A DNA stretch of 63,567 nucleotides, the filler included, from Octopus bimaculoides (lineage: Eukaryota), in the NCBI RefSeq assembly GCF_001194135.2. It is 7 parts of 7 records of this genome, joined end to end, with 100 filler letters (N's around TTAATTAATTAA, not from the genome) between each part and the next. Parts side by side here need not be neighbours in the genome. Positions count along the whole stretch, not along the records: positions 21,952 to 40,367 come from NC_068986.1; positions 40,468 to 45,734 come from NC_068999.1; positions 45,835 to 53,665 come from NC_068994.1; 4 more parts are not named here. One strand, 5' to 3'. A model generated the notes under the pieces. That model saw only the letters and a list, made by a program, of their open reading frames with translations, had not been told where the DNA came from and did no database searches. Made by a program: the position numbers and the translations under genes. Below, piece after piece: positions 38,605 through 51,608 of this stretch. Numbering within the stretch: the stretch's first letter is position 1; each line of letters begins with the position of its first letter.

Positions 38605-38770
38605 AGTACCCCGTCGGTTACGACAATGAGTATTCCAGTTGATCCGATCAACGGAGAATCCTGTTCCTGAAACTAACGCGCAAGTACTTGAGCACTCAAC
38701 AAACACGCTTACCCTTAATGTAGCTCGCAAGGAGATTCAGTGTGACACAGAATGTGATAAAGTTGGCCCT
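38605..38770 (-). mobile_element. SINE family B, 3' half
   Basis: ccgtcggttacgac...ttccagttgatccgatcaacgg...tgtgacacagaatgtga. Confidence 0.78.
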
Positions 38771-38789
38771 TCGAAATTCAGATACTAAT

Positions 38790-38922
38790 CCTTTTTTACC
38801 AATTGAGTGGACTGGAGCAACGTAAAATAAAATGTCTTGCTCAAGGACACAACACGCTGTCGGGAATCGAACTCACAACCTTACGATCATAAGCCGAATA
38901 CCCTGACCCACAAACCACGTAG
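38790..38922 (-). mobile_element. SINE family D head
   Basis: Minus strand gttcgattcccgacagcgtgttgtgtccttgagcaagacattttattttacgttgctccagtccactc. Confidence 0.7.
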
Positions 38923-39224
38923 TTGCTACACATATTGTCAGGCAAACGTACACGTATATGCACACAAAATTACACTATAATACATACAAACGCATCTGCA
39001 ATTTTCTCGCACACACACTTATATTTGTACGGAGGTAAATGCTTAGCATAAGCACACATATGTTTGTGTGGTTAAGAAGGTCGCTCCGCAATCATGTGGT
39101 TACTGGTTCAGACCCACTGTGCGGCAACTGTGTAGTAGTCTTGTACCATTGCGTCATCTCGTCTAACACACAATGAATGGAATTTGGAAGGTACAAATTA
39201 TGCAAAAAGCCGTTATATATACAT

Positions 39225-39470
39225 ATATTGTCCTTGCCTTCGAAACGCGGAGTAGATGGAACAGGGACAACTGATGAAGGGAAATATTCTTTCTTTATGT
39301 TGCATGTCTCGTTTCTCTGTTTGATTTTTTCGTTATTCGAAAAAAAAGTTCGTTTTCTGTATTCGTTTTTATGTTTTCGTTTCTCATTGTATTTAACGTT
39401 TTTTGTGATGTCCTGTACCCATATATGCTTGTATGTATACATTTAGATGTAGACATGTATATATATGTAT
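39225..39470. repeat. Module E copy
   Basis: About 200 bp aligning with 53818-54060. Confidence 0.75.
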
Positions 39471-39975
39471 GGATGTATGCATATATTTATGTATTATATA
39501 TATATATATATATATATNNNNNNNNNNTATATATATAAGTCTGTATAGAAAGAGGTTGTTCTTTCCCAGGGATATATTATCCAAGCGTACACCAGTTTAT
39601 CACTATATCGATTAACGTTACTGGAAAATTCTACATGTGTATATGTATTAATGTTTATCGTTGGTTCTTTTTCAATATTAGTCCTTTACACTTCTAAAAT
39701 TCCAGTTGTCGCAATGGAGATTTCCATCGTTTTCGATATAGGAGAAAAAGATTTAAACATTCCTCGTTTTCTTCGTATTATTAAACATTTTTCTCCTATA
39801 TGTATGTATGTATAGTGAAGTGCTGTTAGTACTATACCAATAGTTTCATGCAAATGAAATTTGCAATTATTCATACTTAGTTGAAATACTCATAGCAGTT
39901 CAGCCATTTTTCATAGGATGATTGCATTATTCATCTGTATGTGTGTGTATATGTGTGCATGCATACATACATACA

Positions 39976-40009
<34 letters not shown>

Positions 40010-40013
40010 CACA

Positions 40014-40367
40014 CCGGGTAGCGACCTGATCGTTGGATACTGGTACAAGAAGCTTACCTGTTACCGACCGTACCTTATTAAACTGTACCAGCAAGCCCTC
40101 AATGGAGATGGCAGCATACCAGACTGGTTGCCTCTGGCGGAAACAAAGCTTGTTCCGAAAAGCTAGGAAACCCAATTGGCAAAACATTACAGGCCTATTG
40201 CATGCCAAAATTTAATGTATAAGATTTATACAGCATGCCTAAACAGATTCCTCCAGGACCACTGTGAAAACAATAGTATAATCACAGCTGAACAAGCAGC
40301 TGGGAAGAAAGGAGTCTGGGGATGTACTGAACAACTACTTATAAATAAGGTAGTAATAACGGAGGTA
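40014..40367 (+). mobile_element. R4/Dong-like non-LTR retrotransposon, reverse transcriptase fragment
   Basis: PGSDLIVGYWYKKL...IPDWL...TKLVPK*...HYRPIACQNLMYKIYT...EQAAGKKGVWGCTEQLLINK in one frame with a single stop. Cut by an assembly spacer. Confidence 0.8.
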
Positions 40368-40467
40368 NNNNNNNNNNNNNNNNNNNNNNNNNNNNNNNNN
40401 NNNNNNNNNNNTTAATTAATTAANNNNNNNNNNNNNNNNNNNNNNNNNNNNNNNNNNNNNNNNNNNN

Positions 40468-40516
<49 letters not shown>

Positions 40517-41207
40517 TTAATCGATAATAAAACATTCGGACAGTTTGACGATACAAACAAGGACAGGAAAAAACAACGATGAGACATTCGGAGCTTTCAA
40601 TCTTCAGTCGAGAAGCAGATCATCTTTGCAGTTTCGGACGACACATTCACATATATATGTATTTACACATACACACACACGCATATATTGGTTTGCTTAT
40701 ATGTGTGTGCGTGCGTATATGTCTCTGCGCGCGCGCGTGTGTGCGTGTGTGCGTGTGCGTGTCTCTCTGTGTCTATAGATACAAACGCACACACATACTA
40801 ATATATGTGAGACAATCAAGAATTACGCATTGCTCGATTTCTTCGCTCCGCCGCCCGTACGCCGCCCGTACGCCGCACCGAGTAGGAAGTTACCGAATGA
40901 CTGATAATAACGTAAGCTATGGGAGGAAGATATTTTTCGTCTGTCACGCTTCATGGAGTGTGGTTTGTAATTTTCAAGATGAAGGGTTGAAAGCTAAACG
41001 TCGAAAATAAGTTTTGTTCGTTTTAGAATCGGATTGTGAGCGCCATGATGTTTTTCAGTGCGACAAAAATTGTAGGGTATTGATCAATTTGCAAGTACCT
41101 GTATCCTATCTAACATTGTGCATGAGATACCTGTAATCTGTTCTGTCTCTCTTGATTCCCATATTTGCTTTGAATTTAATGCCTGCGTTATTAATATAAT
41201 CTTAGAG

Positions 41208-41425
41208 TAAGGCGGTGAGCTGGCAGAAACGTTAGCATGCCGGGCGAAATGCTTAGCGGTATTTCGTCTGTCTTTACGTTCTGAGTTCAAATTCCGTCGA
41301 ATCGACTTTGTCTTTCGACATTTCGAGGTCGATAAATTAAGTACCACTCGCGTACTGGGGTCGATCTAATCGATCGGTCCCCTCTCCAAAAATCTCAGGC
41401 CTTGTGCCTAGAGTAGAAAAGAATA
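41208..41425 (+). mobile_element. SINE family C (~215 bp)
   Basis: ggcggtgagctggcagaaacgttagc...gagttcaaattcc (B-box)...gtcgataaattaagtacc...ggggtcgat...aggccttgtgcc. Many copies in the window. Confidence 0.85.
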
Positions 41426-42246
41426 TGATCTTAGAATATATGTAAATACAAACCAGTCTACGAATTTGAATCAATGGAGGAATACGATTATGTGAATAAA
41501 AAGGATTCGGTAAAATAAAGCAATTATTATCTGAGACAGACCGACATCTTTGATTACCATCTTTCCACCAGTCTAAATGTCGAAGCCAGCAGTTTCACTA
41601 AAATATACACTAATATTACGTGTCAATATTACTAATCTACACTATTATCACATCAAACGACCTTTAGATCTTTAAGCATGGCTGGCGATCACTCTCCTTT
41701 TTAAGAAGGACAGGATGAGTGATTTTTATGTTACAATGGCCAACTTTGATGAAGCCGTATTGTTTGTTTCGGTAAGCATATTCCTTCTCTAAGAACCGAC
41801 GATACTGCTATTTTAATCCCAGGAAGATATCTCATCCAGCTGGTTATTTAGTGCGCTTTCGCACTCGATATTCATTGCAAGTGGGAGAGAACTCCTGCCA
41901 CCCTAGCTCAGAGACCACAAGGTCACGTAATTTCGATCTTATTGGATCACTTCAGTGGTGGGCACTCGTTTGCCAGGCATGTCATTAGTCAGATCTCATT
42001 TGCAATATATTAGAAAATACAGTGTCATACAATCATTGATCTTGTAACTAGCAAACTAGTCCGTCAGGAAATCTCTGTTCGAGACAGAAGCAGTAAACGC
42101 ACCAAAAAGTAGTGTTTATCGCCACTTTAGTGCAGACGTTCTGTAAGAACCGACTATTCTGGTATTTTGATTCCAGGAAGACATCTTCAGCTGGTTATAA
42201 TAGAACAGTATATAAATACATGCAAATATGTACAGACATCATACAT

Positions 42247-42290
<44 letters not shown>

Positions 42291-42300
42291 NNNNNNNNNN

Positions 42301-42331
<31 letters not shown>

Positions 42332-42997
42332 ATATACATGTGAACTCAGACAGACACATGGAAATACATGTGGATACACACATTCGGATACTTTTAACTG
42401 TTCTACAAGTAAATATTCATCGATTCTTGAAGACACCAGAGAAGCGAGAGACTGTTTATCGATTAATTCAGATTGTACATTATCTGTGTAGTAAATGCAT
42501 TCATATACATACATACATACCCACACGAACACACACACGCGCGCGCATACGCATATGTATGTATGTATGTGTAGTTAGTTTTTCACCCTTGGGAGAGTTA
42601 ATGACTTGTGTTAGAAAGGGTGAATACACGTTCCAAAGTTAAATTGATGGACAAAACCTAGGGACTCATCAGATGTCGAGACCTCATCATTTCAAATTTA
42701 ATTCCATTCTAATACAATTTGAAGAGGATAAATGCACACGGTCTTAACAAGGATCTTAGCACAGATGATGATTACTTGTAGAGCGAAGAATTGACGTTTT
42801 GTCCGAATTTGGTAAATTTCTAAAATAATATATAAAAACACAATAAATTGTGCTGTAGTCTGTTAGTCACACATGTACATACACCACATACAGATATCAG
42901 TCTATCAATGAATCTATCTATCTGTCTGTCTGTCTGTCTATCTATCGATCGATCGATCGTAGTGATCAAAGAGTCTCATGGATTTTACTTTCTTTCG

Positions 42998-43073
<76 letters not shown>

Positions 43074-43835
43074 NNNNNNNNNNNNNNNNNNNNNNNNNNN
43101 NNNNNNNNNNNNNNNNNNNNNNNNNNNNNNNNNNNNNNNNNNNNNNNNNNNNNNNNNNNNNNNNNNNNNNNNNNNNNNNNNNNNNNNNNNNNNNNNNNNN
43201 NNNNNNNNNNNNNNNNNNNNNNNNNNNNNNNNNNNNNNNNNNNNNNNNNNNNNNNNNNNNNNNNNNNNNNNNNNNNNNNNNNNNNNNNNNNNNNNNNNNN
43301 NNNNNNNNNNNNNNNNNNNNNNNNNNNNNNNNNNNNNNNNNNNNNNNNNNNNNNNNNNNNNNNNNNNNNNNNNNNNNNNNNNNNNNNNNNNNNNNNNNNN
43401 NNNNNNNNNNNNNNNNNNNNNNNNNNNNNNNNNNNNNNNNNNNNNNNNNNNNNNNNNNNNNNNNNNNNNNNNNNNNNNNNNNNNNNNNNNNNNNNNNNNN
43501 NNNNNNNNNNNNNNNNNNNNNNNNNNNNNNNNNNNNNNNNNNNNNNNNNNNNNNNNNNNNNNNNNNNNNNNNNNNNNNNNNNNNNNNNNNNNNNNNNNNN
43601 NNNNNNNNNNNNNNNNNNNNNNNNNNNNNNNNNNNNNNNNNNNNNNNNNNNNNNNNNNNNNNNNNNNNNNNNNNNNNNNNNNNNNNNNNNNNNNNNNNNN
43701 NNNNNNNNNNNNNNNNNNNNNNNNNNNNNNNNNNNNNNNNNNNNNNNNNNNNNNNNNNNNNNNNNNNNNNNNNNNNNNNNNNNNNNNNNNNNNNNNNNNN
43801 NNNNNNNNNNNNNNNNNNNNNNNNNNNNNNNNNNN

Positions 43836-43909
<74 letters not shown>

Positions 43910-44081
43910 CTACACCATCACATGAACATGCTGCTCACGACATGAATCTATTTAATAAAGTACTCAACAGATTTCATTATATTCTTGCGAGCGATATGGG
44001 AGTACAAAGGTATGTAATAAAGCGTAACTATTGGAGGTGAAGAAATGAAATCAAAGCTTTATAATAAGCATGCGTATGCAT

Positions 44082-44117
<36 letters not shown>

Positions 44118-44129
44118 GTGTGTGCGTGC

Positions 44130-44160
<31 letters not shown>

Positions 44161-44238
44161 GTACACACACATTATATATATGCATATACTCATATTTACA
44201 CCCATCCATATATGAATGCATAAATACACACGCACATG

Positions 44239-44286
<48 letters not shown>

Positions 44287-44779
44287 ATCATATGATGTGT
44301 ATGCAAGTATTTCTACCGATAAAATAATTCTCCTTACAAGTAGCAAAGAACTCACTACTCATGTGATTCTATACCACATCTCATTACTGACGGTTTCGTC
44401 CCCGAAGGCAATCGTCAGACGAAGACTGTTAATGTTGAAAGCCCCGGTATGGTCATGTGATTCAGTAGAAATTGACCGTTTTGCTGCAACCTTTGGCTGG
44501 TTTTATTCCCTTTGTCACTGAGCAAACTTCCAATACAGAGACAATCAATATCTGACGTTTAAAAGCATCATCGATATCTTGTACTAATGGTCCATCCTAG
44601 TTGAATGTAATAGATTTTTAATGTTTGATAATCGCTTTACATCTGTTGCTTATTGTGCGAAATTTTTTCCCACATTTTGGTGGCCTGCCGAGAAAATTTG
44701 GGGAATGGATAGGTAATAACCGACAATGTCGAATTTGATTAATTTACGTCTTGTTATTATAATATTTTTTATAAAGTCG

Positions 44780-44975
44780 TCGCGCTGGCAGAAATCGTTA
44801 CTACGCCGGGAAAAATGCTTAGCGGTATTTCGTCCGTCTTTACGTTTTGAGTTCAAATCCTGCCGAGGTACTTTGCCTTTCTACCTTTCGGGGTTGATAA
44901 AATAAGTACCAGTTGAACAGTGGGGCTGATGTAATCGACTAGCCCCCTCCTCCAAAATCTCAGGCCTTGTGCCTA
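44780..44975 (+). mobile_element. SINE family C
   Basis: Colinear with 41208-41425. Confidence 0.85.
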
Positions 44976-45687
44976 TTAATACAAAGGATTATTATAATGT
45001 TTATGTTCCTTAACTATTGGCAGGGTATAGAGAATGGTTAAGTCGATTGCTTTCCATATGGTTCCAGGTTTGATGTCACTGTGACGTACTTTGAGAAAAT
45101 GCCAATTTTTTAAAATATAGTCTCCGGTCAACCCATACCTTGTTAGTGAAATTGGATACATGGAGACTGTACAAAAGCTTGCCGGTGCTTCACTATCGCA
45201 GACATTTGGAACTCTTGGAGCTCTACACTGGAGCTCCTAACGGCAACGGATCACCAAAGGAACACCTTATTGCAGTGTTTCCTTGATAATCCATTGCGTC
45301 TAGATGCTCTTGGAACATCCAGTCCTGAGCTCCAAATAACTGCAATGTCGAAACGTACGTAGCAACGAATAACTTATACTTGAGTTTATTTTAATTTCCC
45401 TCTACACATGCTCTGTAATATCATGACTAGTTACACCACTAAGTCCGGGGGTCGACTAACGACTGTAATCCTGGAAGCTGACTGAATGAAGATAATCTAT
45501 GTGGACATCTGACTCATACTATTGCACTCGCACATCTAACTCTACACACAAGACATACATACATCTACGTATATATATTCTTTTATTATTTTACTTGTTT
45601 CAGCCATGCTGGAGCACCACCTTATGTACATGTGTGTGTGTGTATACACATATATATATTATTTATGTATATATATACGTATATATG

Positions 45688-45734
<47 letters not shown>

Positions 45735-46321
45735 NNNNNNNNNNNNNNNNNNNNNNNNNNNNNNNNNNNNNNNNNNNNTTAATTAATTAANNNNNNNNNN
45801 NNNNNNNNNNNNNNNNNNNNNNNNNNNNNNNNNNCACCACCACTGCTGCAGGAGGACAACTGCTCGTTTGTATCTGCGTTGAGTGAAAAGCCACTTTGTT
45901 CTTCTCAGTCCAACAGCAACATCTTGTTGTTTTATCTCTCGAAACATTTCCTCTTTACCATAACCCTCTACATGATCGCTCGACTAGCTAAAAATAGCAG
46001 CTAAATCCCACACAGATTGTTCGCCTAGCTTTCAATCACCCATTGTGAATAGTTTTTCATGCTTCAAAACTTCATGGTTTTATGGGAAGAAAATATTACA
46101 GATTATATTGAAAGCTTGGTCGAGTTCTGAAGATTTTGTCTTTTTCCACTTGCAAAAAACCATGTGGTTTCTGCTTTAGGCCCACTCTGTGGCCCCTTGA
46201 GCAGTCTTCTGGTCTTGCTCCATACCATGCACCAATGCTTTGTCAGTAAATTTAGGGGACAGAAACTGAGCGAAGATTATCATATACAATATATATATGT
46301 GTGTGTGAGTGTCTGTACGTG

Positions 46322-46355
<34 letters not shown>

Positions 46356-46949
46356 TATATACACACAGACACATGCACACACACATATGCACACACACAC
46401 ACATATATATATATACATATACACACACACAGACATATGTATATATATATATGTATATATATGAATATATATGTATTATATATATATACATACATAGATA
46501 TATATACATACATAGATATATATACATACACATATATATATGTAACTATTTATATAAATAATTAAATATGTATATATAATTCATATATATTTATATATAT
46601 ATATATATGCGAGTAAAAATAAATACAAAAAAAGGTGGATTTTTTTGTATGATTGTGTATAGAGGAATATATTATTTTGCTTAAAAGAGTTCCAACACTG
46701 TCTGTTTTTTATGTTTTATTTATATTCCTGCAGAACTAATGTGGGGTATAGAATATGGAATATACAATATATAATATAATATACAATATATAATATAAAA
46801 TAAAATAAAAATGGATGGCACCATGAAATAAAGTATTGAATGTAGATGAAATATTGAGTGTTCAATATAAAGGATCAAATATATAAATATATAAATATAA
46901 ATATATATATATAAAGGCGACTCGAGTTTCAGGGCTATTTCCTATATAT

Positions 46950-46982
<33 letters not shown>

Positions 46983-47034
46983 TATATATAACTATTTATA
47001 TAAATTATATATAGTGGATGCGTGGTAAGTAGGT

Positions 47035-47195
47035 GTAGGAGTGGCTGCAGTGTGGTAAATAGCTTCCTTACCAACCACACGGCTCTGGGTTCAGTCCCAC
47101 TGAAGGCACCTTGAGTTAGTGTCTTCTTCTATAGCCTTGGGCCAACCAAAGCATTGTGAGTGGATCTGATAGACGGAAACTGAAAGAAACCTGTT
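47035..47195 (+). mobile_element. SINE family A head
   Basis: ggagtggctgcagtgtggt...gggttcagtcccactg...gacggaaactgaaagaaac. Confidence 0.8.
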
Positions 47196-47336
47196 GTGTG
47201 TGTGTATATATATGTGTGTGTGTGTGTGTGTGTAATTATATATATGTATATATACACACACATATGTATGTATATGTGTGTGTGTGTACATGTATGTGCA
47301 CACACATACATTTATATGCATGTGTGTGTGTGTATA

Positions 47337-47393
<57 letters not shown>

Positions 47394-47414
47394 NNNNNNN
47401 NNNNNNNNNNNNNN

Positions 47415-47486
<72 letters not shown>

Positions 47487-47959
47487 AGCTATCCCTGCTA
47501 TACATATATCATTGTACCGAGGTTAATACAGCCAGATAAGACTTCCATAATGCTGTCAGTGTGTTAAAGCACTAACCATCCACCCAGCCGGCCAGCCGGC
47601 CAGTCAACCAGCCGTCTGGCAGGCCAGCCACACAGTGAACCTCTCCATCACATCATAACACTTCCCCCAACTTTGATTCAGCAACAACAACAACAACAGC
47701 AGCAGTAGCAGCGGCAGCAGCAACAGCAGCAGCCGCAACAAAGCGTTCTGTAGATTGTCTAGTCCATGCTGTAGTACACACACACACGCAGTGTTGATGG
47801 GAGACCCCGGATTTACATAGTTCGCTGTGGGACCAAGTGCAGCAGAGCAATGACCGAGGTATTTAGACTATAGTATATTCACTGTCACCAGCATTGTTGT
47901 TGTTGCTGTTGTTGTTGTCGTCGTCGTTGTTGTTGTGTGGAATGAAATGCCTTGTGGTA

Positions 47960-48125
47960 GGCACAGGCATGGCTGTGTGGTAAGAAGTTTGCTTCCCAGC
48001 CATATGGTTCCAGGTTCAGTCCCACAGCGTGGCACCTTGGGCAGGTGTCTTCTACTATAGCCTCAGGCTGACCAAAGCCTTGTGAGTGGATTCGGCTGAT
48101 GGAAACTGAAAGAAGCCCATCGTAT
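47960..48125 (+). mobile_element. SINE family A head
   Basis: ggcatggctgtgtggtaagaagtttgcttccc...ggaaactgaaagaagcccatcg. Confidence 0.85.
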
Positions 48126-48584
48126 ATATGTATATATATNNNNNNNNNNNNNNNNNNNNNNNNNNNNNNNNNNNNNNNNNNNNNNNNNNNNNNNNNNNNN
48201 NNNNNNNNNNNNNNNNNNNNNNNNNNNNNNNNNNNNNNNNNNNNNNNNNNNNNNNNNNNNNNNNNNNNNNNNNNNNNNNNNNNNNNNNNNNNNNNNNNNN
48301 NNNNNNNNNNNNNNNNNNNNNNNNNNNNNNNNNNNNNNNNNNNNNNNNNNNNNNNNNNNNNNNNNNNNNNNNNNNNNNNNNNNNNNNNNNNNNNNNNNNN
48401 NNNNNNNNNNNNNNNNNNNNNNNNNNNNNNNNNNNNNNNNNNNTGTGAGTGAATTTGATACACAAGAACTGAAAGAAGCCCATCGTATAAACATATACGT
48501 ATATATATATGTGTGTGTATATATATATTTATATATATATACACACACACATGTGTATATATGTATACATATGTATATTTTCCT

Positions 48585-48783
48585 TTTTACTCTTTCTTTT
48601 ACTTGTATCAGTCATTTGACTGCCGCCATGCTGGAGCACTGCCGTTAGTCGAGCAAATCGACCCCAGGACTTATTCTTTGTAAGCCTAGTACTTATTTTA
48701 TCAGTCTCTTTTGCCAGACTGCTAAGTTACGGGCATGTAAACACACCAGCATCAGTTGTCAGGTGATGTTGGCGGAGACAAAT

Positions 48784-48826
<43 letters not shown>

Positions 48827-48967
48827 TATATATATGACAAGCTTATTTCAGTTTCCGTCTACCAAATCCACTCACAGGCTTTGATCTGCCCCAGGCTATC
48901 GTAGAAAGCACTTGCCCAAAGTACCACACAGTGAGACTGAACCCGGAACCATGTGACTGGTAAGCCA
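48585..48967 (-). mobile_element. SINE family A, near-full copy with internal (CA)n
   Basis: Tail 48585-48780, microsatellite, head 48835-48967 cut by a gap. Confidence 0.85.
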
Positions 48968-49919
48968 NNNNNNNNNNNNNNNNNNNNNNNNNNNNNNNNN
49001 NNNNNNNNNNNNNNNNNNNNNNNNNNNNNNNNNNNNNNNNNNNNNNNNNNNNNNNNNNNNNNNNNNNNNNNNNNNNNNNNNNNNNNNNNNNNNNNNNNNN
49101 NNNNNNNNNNNNNNNNNNNNNNNNNNNNNNNNNNNNNNNNNNNNNNNNNNNNNNNNNNNNNNNNNNNNNNNNNNNNNNNNNNNNNNNNNNNNNNNNNNNN
49201 NNNNNNNNNNNNNNNNNNNNNNNNNNNNNNNNNNNNNNNNNNNNNNNNNNNNNNNNNNNNNNNNNNNNNNNNNNNNNNNNNNNNNNNNNNNNNNNNNNNN
49301 NNNNNNNNNNNNNNNNNNNNNNNNNNNNNNNNNNNNNNNNNNNNNNNNNNNNNNNNNNNNNNNNNNNNNNNNNNNNNNNNNNNNNNNNNNNNNNNNNNNN
49401 NNNNNNNNNNNNNNNNNNNNNNNNNNNNNNNNNNNNNNNNNNNNNNNNNNNNNNNNNNNNNNNNNNNNNNNNNNNNNNNNNNNNNNNNNNNNNNNNNNNN
49501 NNNNNNNNNNNNNNNNNNNNNNNNNNNNNNNNNNNNNNNNNNNNNNNNNNNNNNNNNNNNNNNNNNNNNNNNNNNNNNNNNNNNNNNNNNNNNNNNNNNN
49601 NNNNNNNNNNNNNNNNNNNNNNNNNNNNNNNNNNNNNNNNNNNNNNNNNNNNNNNNNNNNNNNNNNNNNNNNNNNNNNNNNNNNNNNNNNNNNNNNNNNN
49701 NNNNNNNNNNNNNNNNNNNNNNNNNNNNNNNNNNNNNNNNNNNNNNNNNNNNNNNNNNNNNNNNNNNNNNNNNNNNNNNNNNNNNNNNNNNNNNNNNNNN
49801 NNNNNNNNNNNNNNNNNNNNNNNNNNNNNNNNNNNNNNNNNNNNNNNNNNNNNNNNNNNNNNNNNNNNNNNATACTTATACGTATATGTATATGTATATA
49901 TGTATATATAAATATAAAA

Positions 49920-50265
49920 AGCACCTTTTGAGTGTTGGGCCACACAGAGACAATGACAAATGACTGAGACCTTTTGCAATATGTTGTGCTTGAGAAGGAA
50001 TAGCAATCAAGTCAAAGTGAAATCATAGTCATGGTGTCATGCAACTGGTATCCATGCTGGTGGCACATAAAGTCACTCATCACACTCTCGGAGTGGTTGG
50101 CATTAGGAATGGCATCCAGCCGTAGAAATCCTGCCAAATCAAACTGGAATCTGGTGCAGCTCCTCAGATTACCAGCCCTGGTCAAACCATCCAACCCATG
50201 CCAGCATGGACAACAGATGTTAAATGATGACGACGATGATGATGACGATGATGATGTTGATGATG
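49920..50265 (+). mobile_element. Retroposon family G (non-coding 3' region ending in a (GAT)n tail)
   Basis: ggttggcattaggaatggcatccagccgtagaaa...ccaacccatgccagcatgga..gatgttaaat(gat)n. Homologous to 18192-18391. Confidence 0.7.
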
Positions 50266-50279
50266 ATTCATGTATCCAG

Positions 50280-50545
50280 TGCTGCCACAGTTTATCTATT
50301 CACTTAACATCTATATACTGTGTCTGTCTAATCAACATATACCCACTGTTCCTCCCATCCAGTCGATATCTATACAGAAATCAACAATTAATCCAATCAA
50401 CATTTATCTACTGTGTCTACCCAGTCAGTATCTACACACTGTGTCTCTCCATTTAACATCTACACCCTGGATCCACCCACTCAATGTTTAACACTGTGTC
50501 TAAATAGCCAATAATCTGTATACACATTGTGTCTATCTAAGTCAG

Positions 50546-50560
<15 letters not shown>
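50280..50560 (+). repeat. Degenerate ~27-bp minisatellite
   Basis: Recurrent atcta(c/t)a(c/t)actgtgtct...ccagtca units. Confidence 0.55.
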
Positions 50561-50576
<16 letters not shown>

Positions 50577-51114
50577 CCTAGGGGTCTATCCAGTCAACTG
50601 TATACGCATTATAACTTCTCAATTGTCATTAAGCAATCCTGTCTCTCTACTTGATACAAACATCTTACATTTAACCATTGAACATCAAACAAGCTCAGCA
50701 ACCATGTCTAGACTGAGTCCATGGTGACATGCTCTCGCTCTAACAGTCAATCATTACAGGATTTCATCTGTCAATCTCTATGAAAAGATCATAAATAAAG
50801 ATTGTATTTATTTCTCCTGTTCTCATCTACTGTCTGTGTTCCAGTTTACATTTACAACTCTTATCTGCTCTGTCCACTTCATTGTGTGTTTATTCAGTTG
50901 ATATCTCCATGATGTGTTTATCCCTGGACCAGTCGATATCTGCAAACAGAACCAGCCCATGTTATGGATTACCAAACTGAGAAAACATTATTTATTTACA
51001 TGGACTTGCATAATTTTGTATTTGAACTTATTTTGTGTCAATAATATCCACCAGATTTTTTTTTTTTTTTTTGCTTTTCTGTCATTTTTTTTCTAATACT
51101 TGGTGTATTTCCAG

Positions 51115-51608
51115 CCTCCTGCTCCTCCTCCTTCTCCTCCGCCTCCTCCTCCTCGTGGACGTCTTCACATGTTGTCCAGCTTCTTTCGGAGCGCCCTGCC
51201 GCCACGCCTGCACTCCCGTCACCAATCAGTGACCTCTCCAAGCCTGACGTTGACTCCGAACTCTCCGTCGAAGGTATGCTTTGATCAACAGACAGCAGGC
51301 GGCCCCGACAACATCAATGGCGCGTCTCGCCAGAATCGTATGCGACGCCGGCGACGGGGCCACAAGAGCGCAGAAATTCTTCCTCCAATTCGGCCACACT
51401 CAGAAAAGAGTTCGCTTCTTTCAAAAGAAAAGGATGCCAATCCAAAAGAGATCACTGATGACGCCGGCCCCACAGGATCAGCACAGGCATGCATCTCTGA
51501 AGAAAGCAATGATGATGGTGGGAATACGTCACAGTATCGTCACAGTCCAACTGTGATGAAGGCAAGACAGCTCCGCTACGTATCAGAGAGAACGCCTGAA
51601 TCTCTCAG
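51115..51608 (+). CDS. Candidate coding exon of an unidentified gene (Pro/Ser/Arg-rich, likely disordered); alternative donor at 51273
   Basis: GC-rich island in AT-rich DNA, long polypyrimidine tract ending ttccag|CCT, open frame PPAPPPSPPPPPPRGRLHMLSSFF...RRRRRGHKSAEILPPIRPH...TPESLR. Donors AAG|gtatgc (51273) and CAG|gtattt (51608). No family recognised. Confidence 0.5.

Noticed and set aside
38428-38730. ORF containing PCTVTWVSVF, resembling the CA PPC..V.W motif
   Set aside because: It is assembled from a family-B SINE tail and a family-A fragment (gaagacacttacccaag), and lacks GSLTT.
47653-47850. Minus-strand poly-Ala/Val ORF
   Set aside because: A by-product of CAG/CAA trinucleotide repeats with no splice support on that strand.
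50031-50456. 141-aa ORF with a poly-Asp run
   Set aside because: It reads through retroposon G, its (GAT)n tail and a minisatellite.
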